From Propionibacterium ruminifibrarum (GTDB lineage: Bacteria; Actinomycetota; Actinomycetes; Propionibacteriales; Propionibacteriaceae), in the NCBI RefSeq assembly GCF_900289195.1, contig NZ_OMOH01000004.1:180001-212000 (forward strand): a stretch of 32,000 nucleotides of DNA, in the 5' to 3' direction. The notes beneath the pieces are model-generated. The model saw only the letters and a program-made list of their open reading frames with translations, searched no databases and was not told the origin of the DNA. Positions 18,329 through 25,921 of this stretch are shown piece by piece. Numbering within the stretch: the first letter of the stretch is position 1; every line of letters starts with the position of its first letter. Position numbers and translations under genes: made by a program.

Positions 18329-18979
18329 TCAGCCGAGCAGCCGGGCGGCGAGCTGATCGGGGGTGTCGACGACGGCGACGGCCTCTTCGGCCCGCAGTTC
18401 GTCCGGGTTCCCGGCGCCCCAGGTGACGCCGATGCCTGGCATCTTGGCGGCTCGGGCCGCCCGCAGGTCCCAGACGGCGTCCCCGACGTAGGCGACCGAG
18501 CCGAGGGAGCCGCCCATGCGGGTCAGCCCTGCCAGCAGCGGCTCGGGGTCGGGCTTGTGCCTGGTGGTGTCCTCGACGCCGCAGGCCACCTCGATGAGAT
18601 CGCCGTAGCCGGACACATCCAGGCCGTGCTCGGCGAGGGAACGCATCTTGGCGGTGACGACGCCGACGCGCAGCCCCGCGTCCCGCAGGCGGCCGACGAG
18701 GTCGACCATGCCGGCGTAGGCGGTGACGTACTCGTCGTGGTGGGCGACGTTCCACTCGTGGTAGAGGCGGACGACCTCGTCGGGACGGTCGGGCACGACA
18801 CTGGCGACGGCCTGGCGAAGGGGCAGGCCGATGAGCGGGGTGACCTCGTCGCGGGACAGCTGCCGGTCGAGGACCTCACGGCCCAGGTACTGCCAGGTGG
18901 CGACGATGAGGTCGATCGAGTTGATGAGGGTCCCGTCCAGGTCGAAGAGGACGAGTTCGTAGGGCGCCGCGGTGCTCAC
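18329..18979 (-). CDS. HAD-IA family hydrolase (phosphoglycolate phosphatase/PpaX-like)
   Basis: 216-aa ORF. Motif I is LVLFDLDGTLINS, motif II is GVVTAK and motif IV is YVGDAVWDL. Confidence 0.85.
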   Translation of the reverse strand: MSTAAPYELVLFDLDGTLINSIDLIVATWQYLGREVLDRQLSRDEVTPLIGLPLRQAVASVVPDRPDEVVRLYHEWNVAHHDEYVTAYAGMVDLVGRLRDAGLRVGVVTAKMRSLAEHGLDVSGYGDLIEVACGVEDTTRHKPDPEPLLAGLTRMGGSLGSVAYVGDAVWDLRAARAAKMPGIGVTWGAGNPDELRAEEAVAVVDTPDQLAARLLG

Positions 18980-19096
18980 GGGACGAGTCTATGGCGCCCT
19001 CGTCCGGCCGCGTCCGGCCCGATGATCCGGACGACGACAACCCCGGTCTGCGATGGCTCGCGGCGAGGGAGCCGGCACAGCGCATGCTGGGTGGGG

Positions 19097-19453
19097 TCAG
19101 CCACGAAACCCCGACCGAGGACTTCCAAGGAGTCGGCGCGGCGCACGGGCAGCGGCCCGCCCCGGCACCCCCGGCCCCGTGCCGCCGGCCGGGCCCGGAC
19201 CGCGAGGGGCCGAGGTCGTTGCCGATGTGCCAGGCGGGGTGGTGGCGGCAGCGGGCAGAGGCAACCCGCTCAATTTGCCACCGCCCTCGTGGCACAGCGG
19301 GCCGGGCGCGCGCGGGCAGAGGTCGGCCACGTCGTCGGGGACGCTGATCCCCAGGCAGCGGGCCGGGCCGGCGGGGGCAGAGGGGCAGTAGGCTTGGCGG
19401 GGGCCGAGCGACCCGACGCAACCGACGAGGCAGATGAGGTGAGCCCGCAGCAT
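19097..19453 (-). CDS. candidate small cysteine-rich protein (tentative)
   Basis: This is the downstream part of ORF 19097..19969 (-), starting at the ATG at 19453: MLRAHLICLVGCVGSLGPRQAYCPSAPAGPARCLGISVPDDVADLCPRAPGPLCHEGGGK..., with six Cys in the first 55 aa. Third-codon positions are almost all G/C over the first roughly 55 codons. By hand count, position-1 GC exceeds position-2 GC, which favours this strand over the co-phased plus-strand ORF 19053..19391. There is no clear RBS and I recognise no family. Confidence 0.3.
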   Translation of the reverse strand: MLRAHLICLVGCVGSLGPRQAYCPSAPAGPARCLGISVPDDVADLCPRAPGPLCHEGGGKLSGLPLPAAATTPPGTSATTSAPRGPGPAGGTGPGVPGRAAARAPRRLLGSPRSGFRG

Positions 19454-20246
19454 GAGTTCCGACCCGAGCGCCCAGGGCGTGCCGCCGAGTGAGCAGGACC
19501 CCGCATCCGGAGCGCGCCGCGTCGGTGAGGCCCGGGCCCCGCTGGACGAGTCCACCCGCCCGAACCGCCGGGCACTGCCCGGCGAGGTGACGCCCGCCAC
19601 CGGCGGTGGGGCCGAGGCGCAGGTCGCCTCCGCGGCAGACCCGGCCGGCCCCGGGGAATGGCAGGGCATCGGCCAGGCACCGGCACACCGCGTCGAGACG
19701 CTTCCTCCCCTGGAGGAGATGCACCATGGCGTGCCCGTGTCCCCCCGCACGGGGGAACCGAGACGCACAGGCCCGCTCGTCGCGTTGCAGTGCTTCCTGT
19801 ACGCGGCCGCCACCGCCAGCGGACTGGGATACGCCCTGTACTGGTGGCGGGCGATGCACGTGGAGAACTTCGACCGGTCGGCGTGGATCATCGGCCTGCT
19901 CGACCCGCGCCCCGGCAGCGCGGGCTCCATCGTGCTCGTCATCGTGCTGGCACTGCTCGTCATCGTCATGGTCGGTGCGCCGTCCGTCGCCGCCTACCAG
20001 GCGTGGACGGGTGAGCGCTTCGCACAGAAGCTGGCACTCGTCGCGCTGGGGGTCGCCTTCCTCGGCGCACTGCTCAACCCGCTGGCCTGCGCCGCCGTCC
20101 CGCTGGCGGCCGCCGGCGTGGCGTTGTCGCGCACGAGCGGCGTGACGAGCTACTTCGACGCCTGGGAGGCGCTGCGCGCACCGGTGCGCGAGACCGAGAC
20201 TGCGGGCAGGAACGTCTTCTACGGGCGCCTGCCCCGGTTCCAGTGA
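19452..20246 (+). CDS. hypothetical membrane protein with disordered N-terminal region
   Basis: 264-aa ORF with high third-position GC from the first codon. Three to four hydrophobic helices are visible (LVALQCFLYAAATASGLGYALYWW, SIVLVIVLALLVIVMVGAPSVAAY, LALVALGVAFLGALL..AAVPLAAAGVAL). Confidence 0.6.
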   Translation: MSSDPSAQGVPPSEQDPASGARRVGEARAPLDESTRPNRRALPGEVTPATGGGAEAQVASAADPAGPGEWQGIGQAPAHRVETLPPLEEMHHGVPVSPRTGEPRRTGPLVALQCFLYAAATASGLGYALYWWRAMHVENFDRSAWIIGLLDPRPGSAGSIVLVIVLALLVIVMVGAPSVAAYQAWTGERFAQKLALVALGVAFLGALLNPLACAAVPLAAAGVALSRTSGVTSYFDAWEALRAPVRETETAGRNVFYGRLPRFQ

Positions 20247-20878
20247 GAGGTGGGCCGATCGTGGCGAACAACCAGGTTTGGGGCGCGCTCGGACGCATCG
20301 CCCGCGACGTGCTGCGCAGCTCCCTGCGCGAGGCGGAGAAGAAGGCGCGCAGGGACGCGCGAAGAGCCACGAGGCAACCAGCTCGTACCCCTTCTCAGCG
20401 CGGCAACGGCGAACAGACCCGTCTGCAGCAGGGTGTCGCTGCCGCGCGCCCCGCGCCGCATCCGACGAAGGACTACCCGGGCGACTACGTCCGCAAACCC
20501 GCCCTGACCTACGACCCGCACCCCGACCGGATGGCCGATCCGGGTGAGGTGGTGTGGACCTGGGTGCCATTCGAGGAGAACTACGCGCTGGGCAAGGACC
20601 GTCCGGTGCTCATCATCGGCCGTGACGACGACTGGCTGCTGGGGCTCATGCTGAGCAGCCAGGACCACGACGACAGGGCCCAGGTGGAGCAGCGCGAGGG
20701 TCGCTGGTGGTGCAACATCGGCTCGGGCGAGTGGGACCAGCAGGGGCGCGAGTCCGAGGTGCGCACCGACCGCATCATCCGGGTCGACCCCGGCAACGTG
20801 CGGCGCCTGGCCGGCAGGCTCGACAAGAAGCGGTTCGACCTGGTGGCGTCCGAGGTGGAGAAGCACTGGAACGACTGA
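20243..20878 (+). CDS. PemK/MazF-like (SH3-fold toxin family) domain protein with long basic N-terminal extension
   Basis: The C-terminal half reads PGEVVWTWVPFEENYALGKDRPVLIIGRDDDWLLGLMLSSQ....VRTDRIIRVDP, which resembles the PemK-like fold core. The GTG at 20243 overlaps the upstream stop (GTGA). The alternative GTG at 20261 has gagaggtggg upstream. Confidence 0.65.
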   Translation: MRGGPIVANNQVWGALGRIARDVLRSSLREAEKKARRDARRATRQPARTPSQRGNGEQTRLQQGVAAARPAPHPTKDYPGDYVRKPALTYDPHPDRMADPGEVVWTWVPFEENYALGKDRPVLIIGRDDDWLLGLMLSSQDHDDRAQVEQREGRWWCNIGSGEWDQQGRESEVRTDRIIRVDPGNVRRLAGRLDKKRFDLVASEVEKHWND

Positions 20879-20957
20879 GTCGGGCTGCTGCACCAAGCGC
20901 GACCAGGCTGCGCCGGACGGGCCGGGTGCGCTACAGTTGTCCCGGCCTCACGGCCAC

Positions 20958-21031
20958 GCGGGCGTAGCTCAATGGTAGAGCGCCAGCTTCCCAAGCTGGA
21001 CACGCGGGTTCGATTCCCGTCGCCCGCTCCA
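20958..21031 (+). tRNA. tRNA-Gly (anticodon CCC)
   Basis: GCGGGCG-T-AGCTCAATGGTAGAGC-G-CCAGCTTCCCAAGCTGG-ACAC-GCGGGTTCGATTCCCGT-CGCCCGC-TCCA. The cloverleaf folds by hand. The anticodon loop TTCCCAA gives CCC, and CCA is encoded. Confidence 0.9.
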
Positions 21032-21260
21032 GTTTTGCAGCAAGCACGTTCCCATCTGATTTGCTGCTCCACGAGCGGTCGCTCAACTCGTCCTCACCTC
21101 GGTGGAATCGGCGGCTCGCCTTTTAGGCAGAGAAGATGACCACTTGTCATGGCCGGGGCACCGACCAGCATCAGGGCACAACGCGGTGAGCGAAACCCCG
21201 TTGTGCAACCCAATCGGAGCTCTAATAGAGGAAAGACACGAACCGAGACAAACAGGCGCG

Positions 21261-22886
21261 TCAGGCCGGTTCGAGGTGCAGGCCGCGCCCATGCCAGTGG
21301 TCGATGAGCCAGCGGTCGTGGCTGGCGACGACCAGCGTCCCGGTCCACCTGTGGAGCGCTTCCTCCAGTGCCTCCATGGTGTCGAGGTCGAGGTAGTTGG
21401 TCGGTTCGTCGATCACGAGGACGGGCGGGCGCCCGGCGAGCGCCATCGCGAGTTGAGCGCGCCGCTGATTGCCCGCCGACAGTTCCGGAACGGGGACTGT
21501 CCACATGGACGGGTGGAGGATTCCCCGCCCGAGTTCACCGATCCCCCTGAGCCAGATCTCCTCGGCGAACCCCGGATCGCCCGCTCTCGGCAGGTGTTGG
21601 GGAACGAATCCGATGGGCCGGTCGGATGCGATCGTTCCGCTGGCCTGCGCACCGGCAGGCGGCTTCCCAGTGGCGATCCAGCTCAGCAGCGTGGTTTTCC
21701 CGGCCCCGTTGGAGCCCGTCACGAGCAGGTGCTCACCACGGGCGAGGTCGAAGCTGGTCGACGCCAGCCGCCGTCTCACCGCCACCCGGCGTGCGGACAG
21801 CGCCGACCCAGGGCGGACCGGCACCGGATTCATCGGAAACGAAAGCTCGTAGCCGCGAGGTTTGCGCACCTCCTGACGTGAGAGGTCCTCCAGCCGCCGG
21901 TCATCGTTGCGGGTCCGGCGGGTGGCTGTCGCCGCCGCCCGGTCGGCGAAGTACTTCTTGGCCATGCCCTCGGCCCTGGCCAGCCGGACGCCGCCTCGGG
22001 CGATCCTGGCGCCGGCCTGCCGATGCTCCCGCAACCCGCGCTTCTCGGCCTGCTGGGCGGCATGCAGTTCCGAATGCCTGGCGCGGGCCCTCCTCTTCTC
22101 TTCGAGATAGTCGGAGTAGTTACCCGCGCATCGGTGGAGGCCGGTGAATTCGTCGGCCCCCTCGGCCCTTGCGAGGGCGCGCCACACGTCGATGTCCATG
22201 TCGTAGGTGACCGTGGCGGTGTCCTCGATGAAGGCGCGGTCGTGGCTCGCCATCAGCACCGGCCCGTGCCAGTGGTTGACGGTCCGCGCCAGGAAGCCCA
22301 CCGCGCCGGCGTCGAGGTGGTTGGTCGGTTCGTCCAGGATCAGCGTCTCGGGTCGGACGAGGAGTGTCGCCGCCAGCCGGAGTCGCCCGCGCTGGCCGGG
22401 GGACAACGATCCCAGGCTTCTGCCGCGCCCGGGGCCAGTGAGTTCGGACAGGCCGAGCCCCGCGAGCGTCTCGTCCACCCGTGCGTCGAGCGACCACACA
22501 TCGCGGGCCGTCATCTGGGCGAGCAGCCGGTCATACTCCCGTGCCAGGCGATCGCCGCCGCCTTCGGAGATCCGGGCAGTGATCTCCTCAAACCTCGTGA
22601 AGAGCACGCGCAATGGGCGAAGTGACGCGTCGAGGTACTCGCCGACGGAACCGCCAGAGCCTTCGGTGTCCGGGATGAGGCGTGGGCCGGCATCGCCGGC
22701 ACACGTCACCGTGCCCCGATCCGGCAGTAGGCGGCCGGTGACGATACGGAGCAACGTGGTCTTGCCGCATCCGTTCGGGCCGATCAGGCACGCACGCTCG
22801 CCGTCACCGACGCGAAGGCTGACGTGATCCAGCAGCGGGGATGACGAATAGGAGAAAGAAATGTCGTCGAGAATGATGGCAGGCAC
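21261..22886 (-). CDS. ABC-F family ATPase (two ABC domains, no transmembrane domain); possible ribosome-protection/translation factor
   Basis: 541-aa ORF with a GTG start 6 nt after GGAG. Walker A is GPNGCGKTT / GSNGAGKTT, the signature is LSPGQRGRL / LSAGNQRRA, and Walker B is LILDEPTNHLD / LVIDEPTNYLD. A roughly 80-90 aa charged Arg/Ala-rich interdomain linker (EEKRRARARHSELHAAQQAEKRGLREHRQAGARIARGG...) is present. Confidence 0.9.
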   Translation of the reverse strand: MPAIILDDISFSYSSSPLLDHVSLRVGDGERACLIGPNGCGKTTLLRIVTGRLLPDRGTVTCAGDAGPRLIPDTEGSGGSVGEYLDASLRPLRVLFTRFEEITARISEGGGDRLAREYDRLLAQMTARDVWSLDARVDETLAGLGLSELTGPGRGRSLGSLSPGQRGRLRLAATLLVRPETLILDEPTNHLDAGAVGFLARTVNHWHGPVLMASHDRAFIEDTATVTYDMDIDVWRALARAEGADEFTGLHRCAGNYSDYLEEKRRARARHSELHAAQQAEKRGLREHRQAGARIARGGVRLARAEGMAKKYFADRAAATATRRTRNDDRRLEDLSRQEVRKPRGYELSFPMNPVPVRPGSALSARRVAVRRRLASTSFDLARGEHLLVTGSNGAGKTTLLSWIATGKPPAGAQASGTIASDRPIGFVPQHLPRAGDPGFAEEIWLRGIGELGRGILHPSMWTVPVPELSAGNQRRAQLAMALAGRPPVLVIDEPTNYLDLDTMEALEEALHRWTGTLVVASHDRWLIDHWHGRGLHLEPA

Positions 22887-23357
22887 AGTGATCTCCGGGA
22901 CGCGGGAACTGGTCAGCGTCTCAGCCGGGCTGAGTGAAGATCACATGAACATCGCTGCGGCATCCTCCTCGGCAGAACCGGCAGCGCCCTTGGGGCGCGC
23001 CGCCGCGGCCAAGTGTAGTCGACTCCCCTCCATCCTCACCGGCCCCGGGCGGGAGTCCGCCGAGAGCGTCGGCGGTGTGACGGTGCGGTGGGACCCAGCC
23101 GCTCGTGGCGCCGTGGATCGGCGCGCCTGCGCCGCCACCTGGTCGACGGGCTCGGCAGCCCATGGCGGTGTGGGGGCACGTTCTCCCCTTCACGTCTTGG
23201 GCGCTGAGACGGCCGTACTCGCCCCGGGACCGGCCGGAACCCGTACCGTGGTGGTCGAAGCGCTGCCATGAGCGGGAAGGCCGCCAACGGTGAGCGGACG
23301 GATCACACCAGGGGCCAACCTGCGGGGTCCGGGCCCGTGGAGACAGGAGCAGCAGGG

Positions 23358-23786
23358 ATGAAACGACTGGTCAAAGCCGGAGCGGCGCTGGCCGGACTCG
23401 CGGTCGTCGTGCTGGCGGTGGTCATCGCCGTAGCGGTTGCGACGGCCCCCGGACCCGATCCGGCCGTGCTCGTCGAGGGTGAGAGCAGGACGTCGTCGTC
23501 GGGCCAGTACACGTCCGAGTTCTTCTCCGAGGACAGCGACGGACAACACCTCGTGTATCCGGTGATCAAGGATGCGGCAGGCGCGGTGGTGTGGAGCGAC
23601 GACGAACGCTATCTGCAGAGCGCGCACCCGGTCGGGGTCGTCTGGCAGGAGGACGCCGACGTGCTGTGGCTGCTGTCCAGCGACATCGGCAATTCCAGGG
23701 TGGTGCAGGTCGACGGGGAGTGGACCAAGGACTGGGACCAGGCCACGCCGCCGCCCGACATCGCGAGGATCGACGAGGGCCGCTGA
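23358..23786 (+). CDS. hypothetical secreted/membrane-anchored protein
   Basis: ORF 23268..23786. The ATG at 23358 lies 8 nt after AGGAG and gives MKRLVKAGAALAGLAVVVLAVVIAVAVATAPG (signal/anchor), followed by a roughly 110-aa domain. I recognise no family. Confidence 0.6.
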   Translation: MKRLVKAGAALAGLAVVVLAVVIAVAVATAPGPDPAVLVEGESRTSSSGQYTSEFFSEDSDGQHLVYPVIKDAAGAVVWSDDERYLQSAHPVGVVWQEDADVLWLLSSDIGNSRVVQVDGEWTKDWDQATPPPDIARIDEGR

Positions 23787-24033
23787 GCAGTGGTTCCCGT
23801 GGGCCCTGCCCTGAGAGCCGCTCCGTTACCCTGCGCGCCCAGGAACCGACAGAATCCTCGGCCGCGGGCGGCCAGCAGCACGGAATCAAACCAGTCACCG
23901 TGACCATGCCGTTCCGCGTTTCTTCTCATTGGACGAGAGGACATCCCCATATCTTCATCCCACGGCACTTTGCCCTCCAGCCCCAGACGAGTGATGCGAC
24001 CAGCACCCAGGGCCACGCAACAATGGAGGCACC

Positions 24034-24362
24034 ATGCGAGAACCTGACAAAGGAAGAACCATCACCCCGAATCACAACAACCAGTTGATCGAGACACGGC
24101 GACCCTTGGGTCGTCACCGGCTCGTCGCGAAACAGGCCGTGCGCGAGGTTTCCCACGGCGCCCCAGCCGTCGATTCCAAGGCCTTCAGACGCGATATCGC
24201 TGACCTTCTCGGCCAAGACATGGGCCCGGTGAATAACGCAACAGACCTGTGGCAGACCTTCTGATCGCCTCAGCAGCCCTCACCGAGGACCTGCCGCTCG
24301 TCACCAGGGATCCCAACGACTTCGCCGGTCTCGAAGGACTTGTCACCATCATCGCCGTCTGA
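24034..24362 (+). pseudogene. vapBC-type toxin-antitoxin remnant (antitoxin-like tail fused to the last ~35 aa of a PIN-domain toxin)
   Basis: The frame opening at 24237 reads ..DLLIASAALTEDLPLVTRDPNDFAGLEGLVTIIAV*, with its stop at 24360..24362. This is the typical C-terminus of VapC PIN toxins (D.lIAa.A......LvTrd..DF). Just upstream, in another frame, ..APAVDSKAFRRDIADLLGQDM resembles VapB antitoxin C-termini. The first roughly 90 aa of the PIN domain are absent. Confidence 0.5.
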
Positions 24363-24442
24363 GGATGATGGCGCGGTCAACGGGGCGTCGGGGCACTCGC
24401 GACCCCAAGACCTGTTCCCCGCCCCAGGGCGACGGGCACCCC

Positions 24443-25624
24443 TCACAGTCCGGCGACGAATCCGCCCAGCCGCTCCAGCCCCTCGGCGAGTTCGTCACGG
24501 CCGGCCGCATAGGACAACCGCACGTGCGTGTCACCCGTCGCCGGCCCGAAGTCGAGGCCTGGGGTGAGCGCCACGTGCGCCTCCTCGAGGGCGCGCTCGC
24601 AGAAGGTCCACGCGTCCAGCCCCGTGGCGCTGACGTCGAAGTAGACGTAGAAGGCGCCGTCCGGCCGGACCGGCACCGGCAGGCCGATCCGTTCGAGCCC
24701 GTCCAGGACGATGCCGCGGCGCGCCAGCAGTTCGAGCCTGCGGTCTTCACAGGCCGCGATCGCCTCGGGAGTGAAGCACGCCATCGCCGCTAGCTGCGTT
24801 GGCATTGCCGCGCAGAGGAAGAAGTTGACGGCCAGGTTCTCGGCCGGTTCGACGAGTTCCTCGGGCAGCACCAGCCAGCCCAGCCGCCAGCCGGTCATGC
24901 CGAAGTACTTGGAGAACGAGGACACGATGAGGGCGTCCGGGTCGGTCTCGAGGGCGGTGCGCGCCGGGGAGCCGTCGTCGGCCGGGTCGGCCAGCGCCAG
25001 GTAGATCTCGTCGATGACCCGCCAGGCGCCGCGCTCACGGGCGGCCGCGCAGATCGCGGTGAGTTCGCCGTAGTCGATGGTGGTGCCCGTCGGGTTCGAG
25101 GGCGTCGCCAGCTGCACGGCGGCGGTGCGGCCGGTCCATACCGCCTCCATGGTGGCCCGGTCGAGCTGGTAGCGGGTGGCGGGCGTCGTCGGCGCGAGCA
25201 CGACCCGGCCGCCGAAGGCGTCGACGAGTTCCCGGTTGCACGGGTAGCACGGGTCGGCCATGACGACGTCGTCGCCGTGGTCGGTGGTGAGCGCGGTAGC
25301 CAGCAGCAGGCCGGCCGAGGCGCCGGCCGTGATGAGGATGCGCCGGGGATCGAGGTCGAGGCCGTGGCGCTGCCGGTAGAAACCGGCCACCTCCTCGCGC
25401 AGCGCGGGCAGTCCAGCCGCCGGGGTGTACGGCAGGGGCCGGCCGTCCATGGCCTCGCGCATCGCCTCGTGTACCCCGGGCGGCGCCCCGAAGGAGGGCT
25501 CGCCGAGACTCAGCTTGGCGATACTGGCGCCCCCGGTCTCGAGCTCGCGGGCGCGCGCCCCGATACTCATGGCGTGGAACGGCTGGGCGGACAGGGCCCG
25601 CTGCGCGATCTTCGGCGTGGTCAT
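24443..25624 (-). CDS. pyridoxal-phosphate-dependent aminotransferase (class I/II, aspartate aminotransferase-like)
   Basis: 393-aa ORF carrying TPSNPTG, DEIY and the PLP-lysine block SFSKYFGMTGWRLGW. Confidence 0.9.
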   Translation of the reverse strand: MTTPKIAQRALSAQPFHAMSIGARARELETGGASIAKLSLGEPSFGAPPGVHEAMREAMDGRPLPYTPAAGLPALREEVAGFYRQRHGLDLDPRRILITAGASAGLLLATALTTDHGDDVVMADPCYPCNRELVDAFGGRVVLAPTTPATRYQLDRATMEAVWTGRTAAVQLATPSNPTGTTIDYGELTAICAAARERGAWRVIDEIYLALADPADDGSPARTALETDPDALIVSSFSKYFGMTGWRLGWLVLPEELVEPAENLAVNFFLCAAMPTQLAAMACFTPEAIAACEDRRLELLARRGIVLDGLERIGLPVPVRPDGAFYVYFDVSATGLDAWTFCERALEEAHVALTPGLDFGPATGDTHVRLSYAAGRDELAEGLERLGGFVAGL

Positions 25625-25742
25625 GACGGCTCCCGGTGCTCGTCGTCCACCGCCGGGCGACGGCGGACCGCGGGTTCAGCCTAGGGCAGGCGAGCGGCCG
25701 GGGCCTGCCGGGCCCGTCCCTCGGTCCTACCCAGGGTCTCGT

Positions 25743-25841
25743 CCTGCGAGTCTCGTGAAATGGCTGCTCAGAACCGCGCAGGTCAACGCGCTACTCAGCT
25801 CGTCCTGCGAGTCTCGTGAAATGACACACGAAAGACGCAGG
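25743..25841 (-). repeat. two copies of the palindromic hairpin repeat, opposite orientation to the 13.5-kb copies
   Basis: Copy at 25743..25782: cctgcgagtctcgtgaaatggctgctcagaaccgcgcagg (degenerate). Copy at 25804..25841: cctgcgagtctcgtgaaatgacacacgaaagacgcagg. The reverse complement of the second, cctgcgtctttcgtgtgtcatttcacgagactcgcagg, matches copy 13492..13530, including the loop TGTCATTT. Confidence 0.8.
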
Positions 25842-25921
25842 ACGAAATCGGAGGAACGCCGCCCACCGGTTGTACCTGCGGTGCGGTTTCCGCCCTGTCC
25901 GCGAGACGGACGAGGAGTACG

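Noticed and set aside
16530-18755. 741-aa minus-strand ORF
   Set aside because: It is antisense to the clearly identifiable CoA-transferase gene and runs on over the HAD gene region. Its composition is dominated by R/G/D/V/A repeats, so it is a shadow ORF.
18876-20570. 564-aa minus-strand ORF
   Set aside because: It overlaps the plus-strand membrane-protein and PemK-like genes in antisense and is R/P/G/A-rich. A different minus-frame ORF (19097..19969) supplies the tentative Cys-rich candidate at 19097..19453.
19452-20878. Membrane protein plus PemK-like protein as a bona fide type II TA pair
   Set aside because: The upstream protein is a 264-aa polytopic membrane protein rather than a small DNA-binding antitoxin, and the PemK-like protein is atypically long. 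There is no evidence for toxin activity, so this is kept only as a question under findings.
21032-21260. Integrated element or integrase remnant directly downstream of tRNA-Gly
   Set aside because: The ~230-bp gap has somewhat lower GC and two weak hairpins (21037..21067, 21176..21206). It has no integrase-like ORF in any frame, and no direct repeat of the tRNA 3' end was found elsewhere in the window.
22913-22963. 16-codon uORF (MPQRCSCDLHSARLRR) in the ABC-F leader
   Set aside because: Its ATG directly abuts the GAGGAGG with no spacer, so initiation there is unlikely. The in-phase-independent 3-codon MFM uORF, with 11-nt spacing, is the more plausible of the two. Both remain speculative.
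24034-24264. Calling ORF 24034..24264 an intact antitoxin gene
   Set aside because: Only its last ~20 residues resemble VapB tails. The N-terminal two-thirds show no AbrB/RHH/Phd-like pattern that I can recognise, and the ORF runs into the truncated toxin frame. I therefore annotated the whole interval as a remnant.
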